From the NCBI GenBank assembly GCA_046563655.1, contig CM102287.1, forward strand, positions 10,540,001 to 10,604,000: a stretch of DNA of 64,000 nucleotides, given 5' to 3'. The DNA is from Yuukianura sp. NJ FZ-2021 (lineage: Eukaryota). Position 1 is the stretch's first letter, and each line of letters begins with the position of its first letter. The notes beneath the pieces are model-generated. The model ran no database searches and was not told the DNA's origin. It saw nothing but the letters and a program-made list of their open reading frames with translations. The position numbers and the translations under genes were made by a program. Positions 63,417 to 64,000 of the stretch are shown piece after piece.

Positions 63417-64000
63417 TCAAGGTCTGTTTGGTGTAGGATGGACGGGGAGGTAGAATGCGACGACACCAATCAAGAAGATTCCGGTGAGGACGGAGAGGGA
63501 TACGACTGCACTGGGAGCGAAGAGTTGTTGTCCAAAGTGGAAGCAGACTAGCCAGAGAGCGAGGAGAAGGAGGCCCACGAACCCCACGAACCACAACCCC
63601 GACTCTGAACCCCGTCCGTTGTGTCCACTCGTCGCTTCTGCCCCACTCCACACTCGTGGTGGTGCTGGGGGGCTGGTGGGAGATACAGTGAGGCAGTGAA
63701 CGACACAATCCTCGAAGATACCCACGTCCTTCAGCCTCAAAGTCTCATCAATCACTCGTCCATTGAAAATGAGACGAACTGTCTTCTGGTCCTTTAACTC
63801 TTGGCTGAAGTGTCGCCTATCAAACAAACAAAAGGATTTGAGCATTCAATCCACTTGAACGAGTACTTGAAAAGTAAAGGGGAAGAGAGAGGAATACCTT
63901 TTAAAGTGCCCAATCTTTTCCGTGTCCCTTGCGACCACTTCCTGCTGCGTGTCATTGAGAAACTTGATAGTGAATCGGATGAGGTGGCCTCCAGCCCCAC
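63417..64000 (-). CDS. TMUB: TMUB family protein, copy 2, 3' part (5' end outside window)
   Basis: Inverted homologue of 35379-35953 with a few amino-acid changes and a 2-aa C-terminal insertion (PVHPTPNRP vs PVHPNRP). Confidence 0.85.

Overview
Eukaryotic, compact-genome arthropod DNA. Short GT-AG introns (mostly ~60-120 nt) and an (TTAGG)n telomere tract suggest a mite-like organism, but the taxon is inference only. Left to right: 3' end of Lasp (+); complete eIF4B (-); a ~28.7-kb satellite of two related, interleaved 50-bp monomers with higher-order structure; a small TIR element; TMUB (+), an intron-containing tRNA-Thr(AGT) (-) and an ELOVL elongase (-); a ~4.5-kb mosaic of apparently decaying housekeeping-gene copies (unknown gene fragment, GOSR2 3' half, divergent RPL30, CTDNEP1 5' half cut by a foldback element); a ~2.3-kb composite subtelomeric module (172-bp repeats, hairpins, tRNA-Ala-like Pol III head, G-rich tract, T-rich repeats); and a perfectly homogeneous 50-bp array running into degenerate TTAGG-like sequence at a 100-N gap. 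After the gap come (CCTAA)n, a ~10.6-kb 40-bp array, then an inverted, slightly diverged copy of the module, ELOVL, the tRNA and TMUB. The window therefore looks like two homologous chromosome ends scaffolded head-to-head. Most striking: at the same base of the shared flank (...CTCTATAAAGGTT) the two ends switch into unrelated tandem arrays (50 bp vs 40 bp). Each unit carries a TTAGG-derived motif and each array ends in telomeric or telomere-like sequence, suggesting an exchangeable long-repeat end-extension process.
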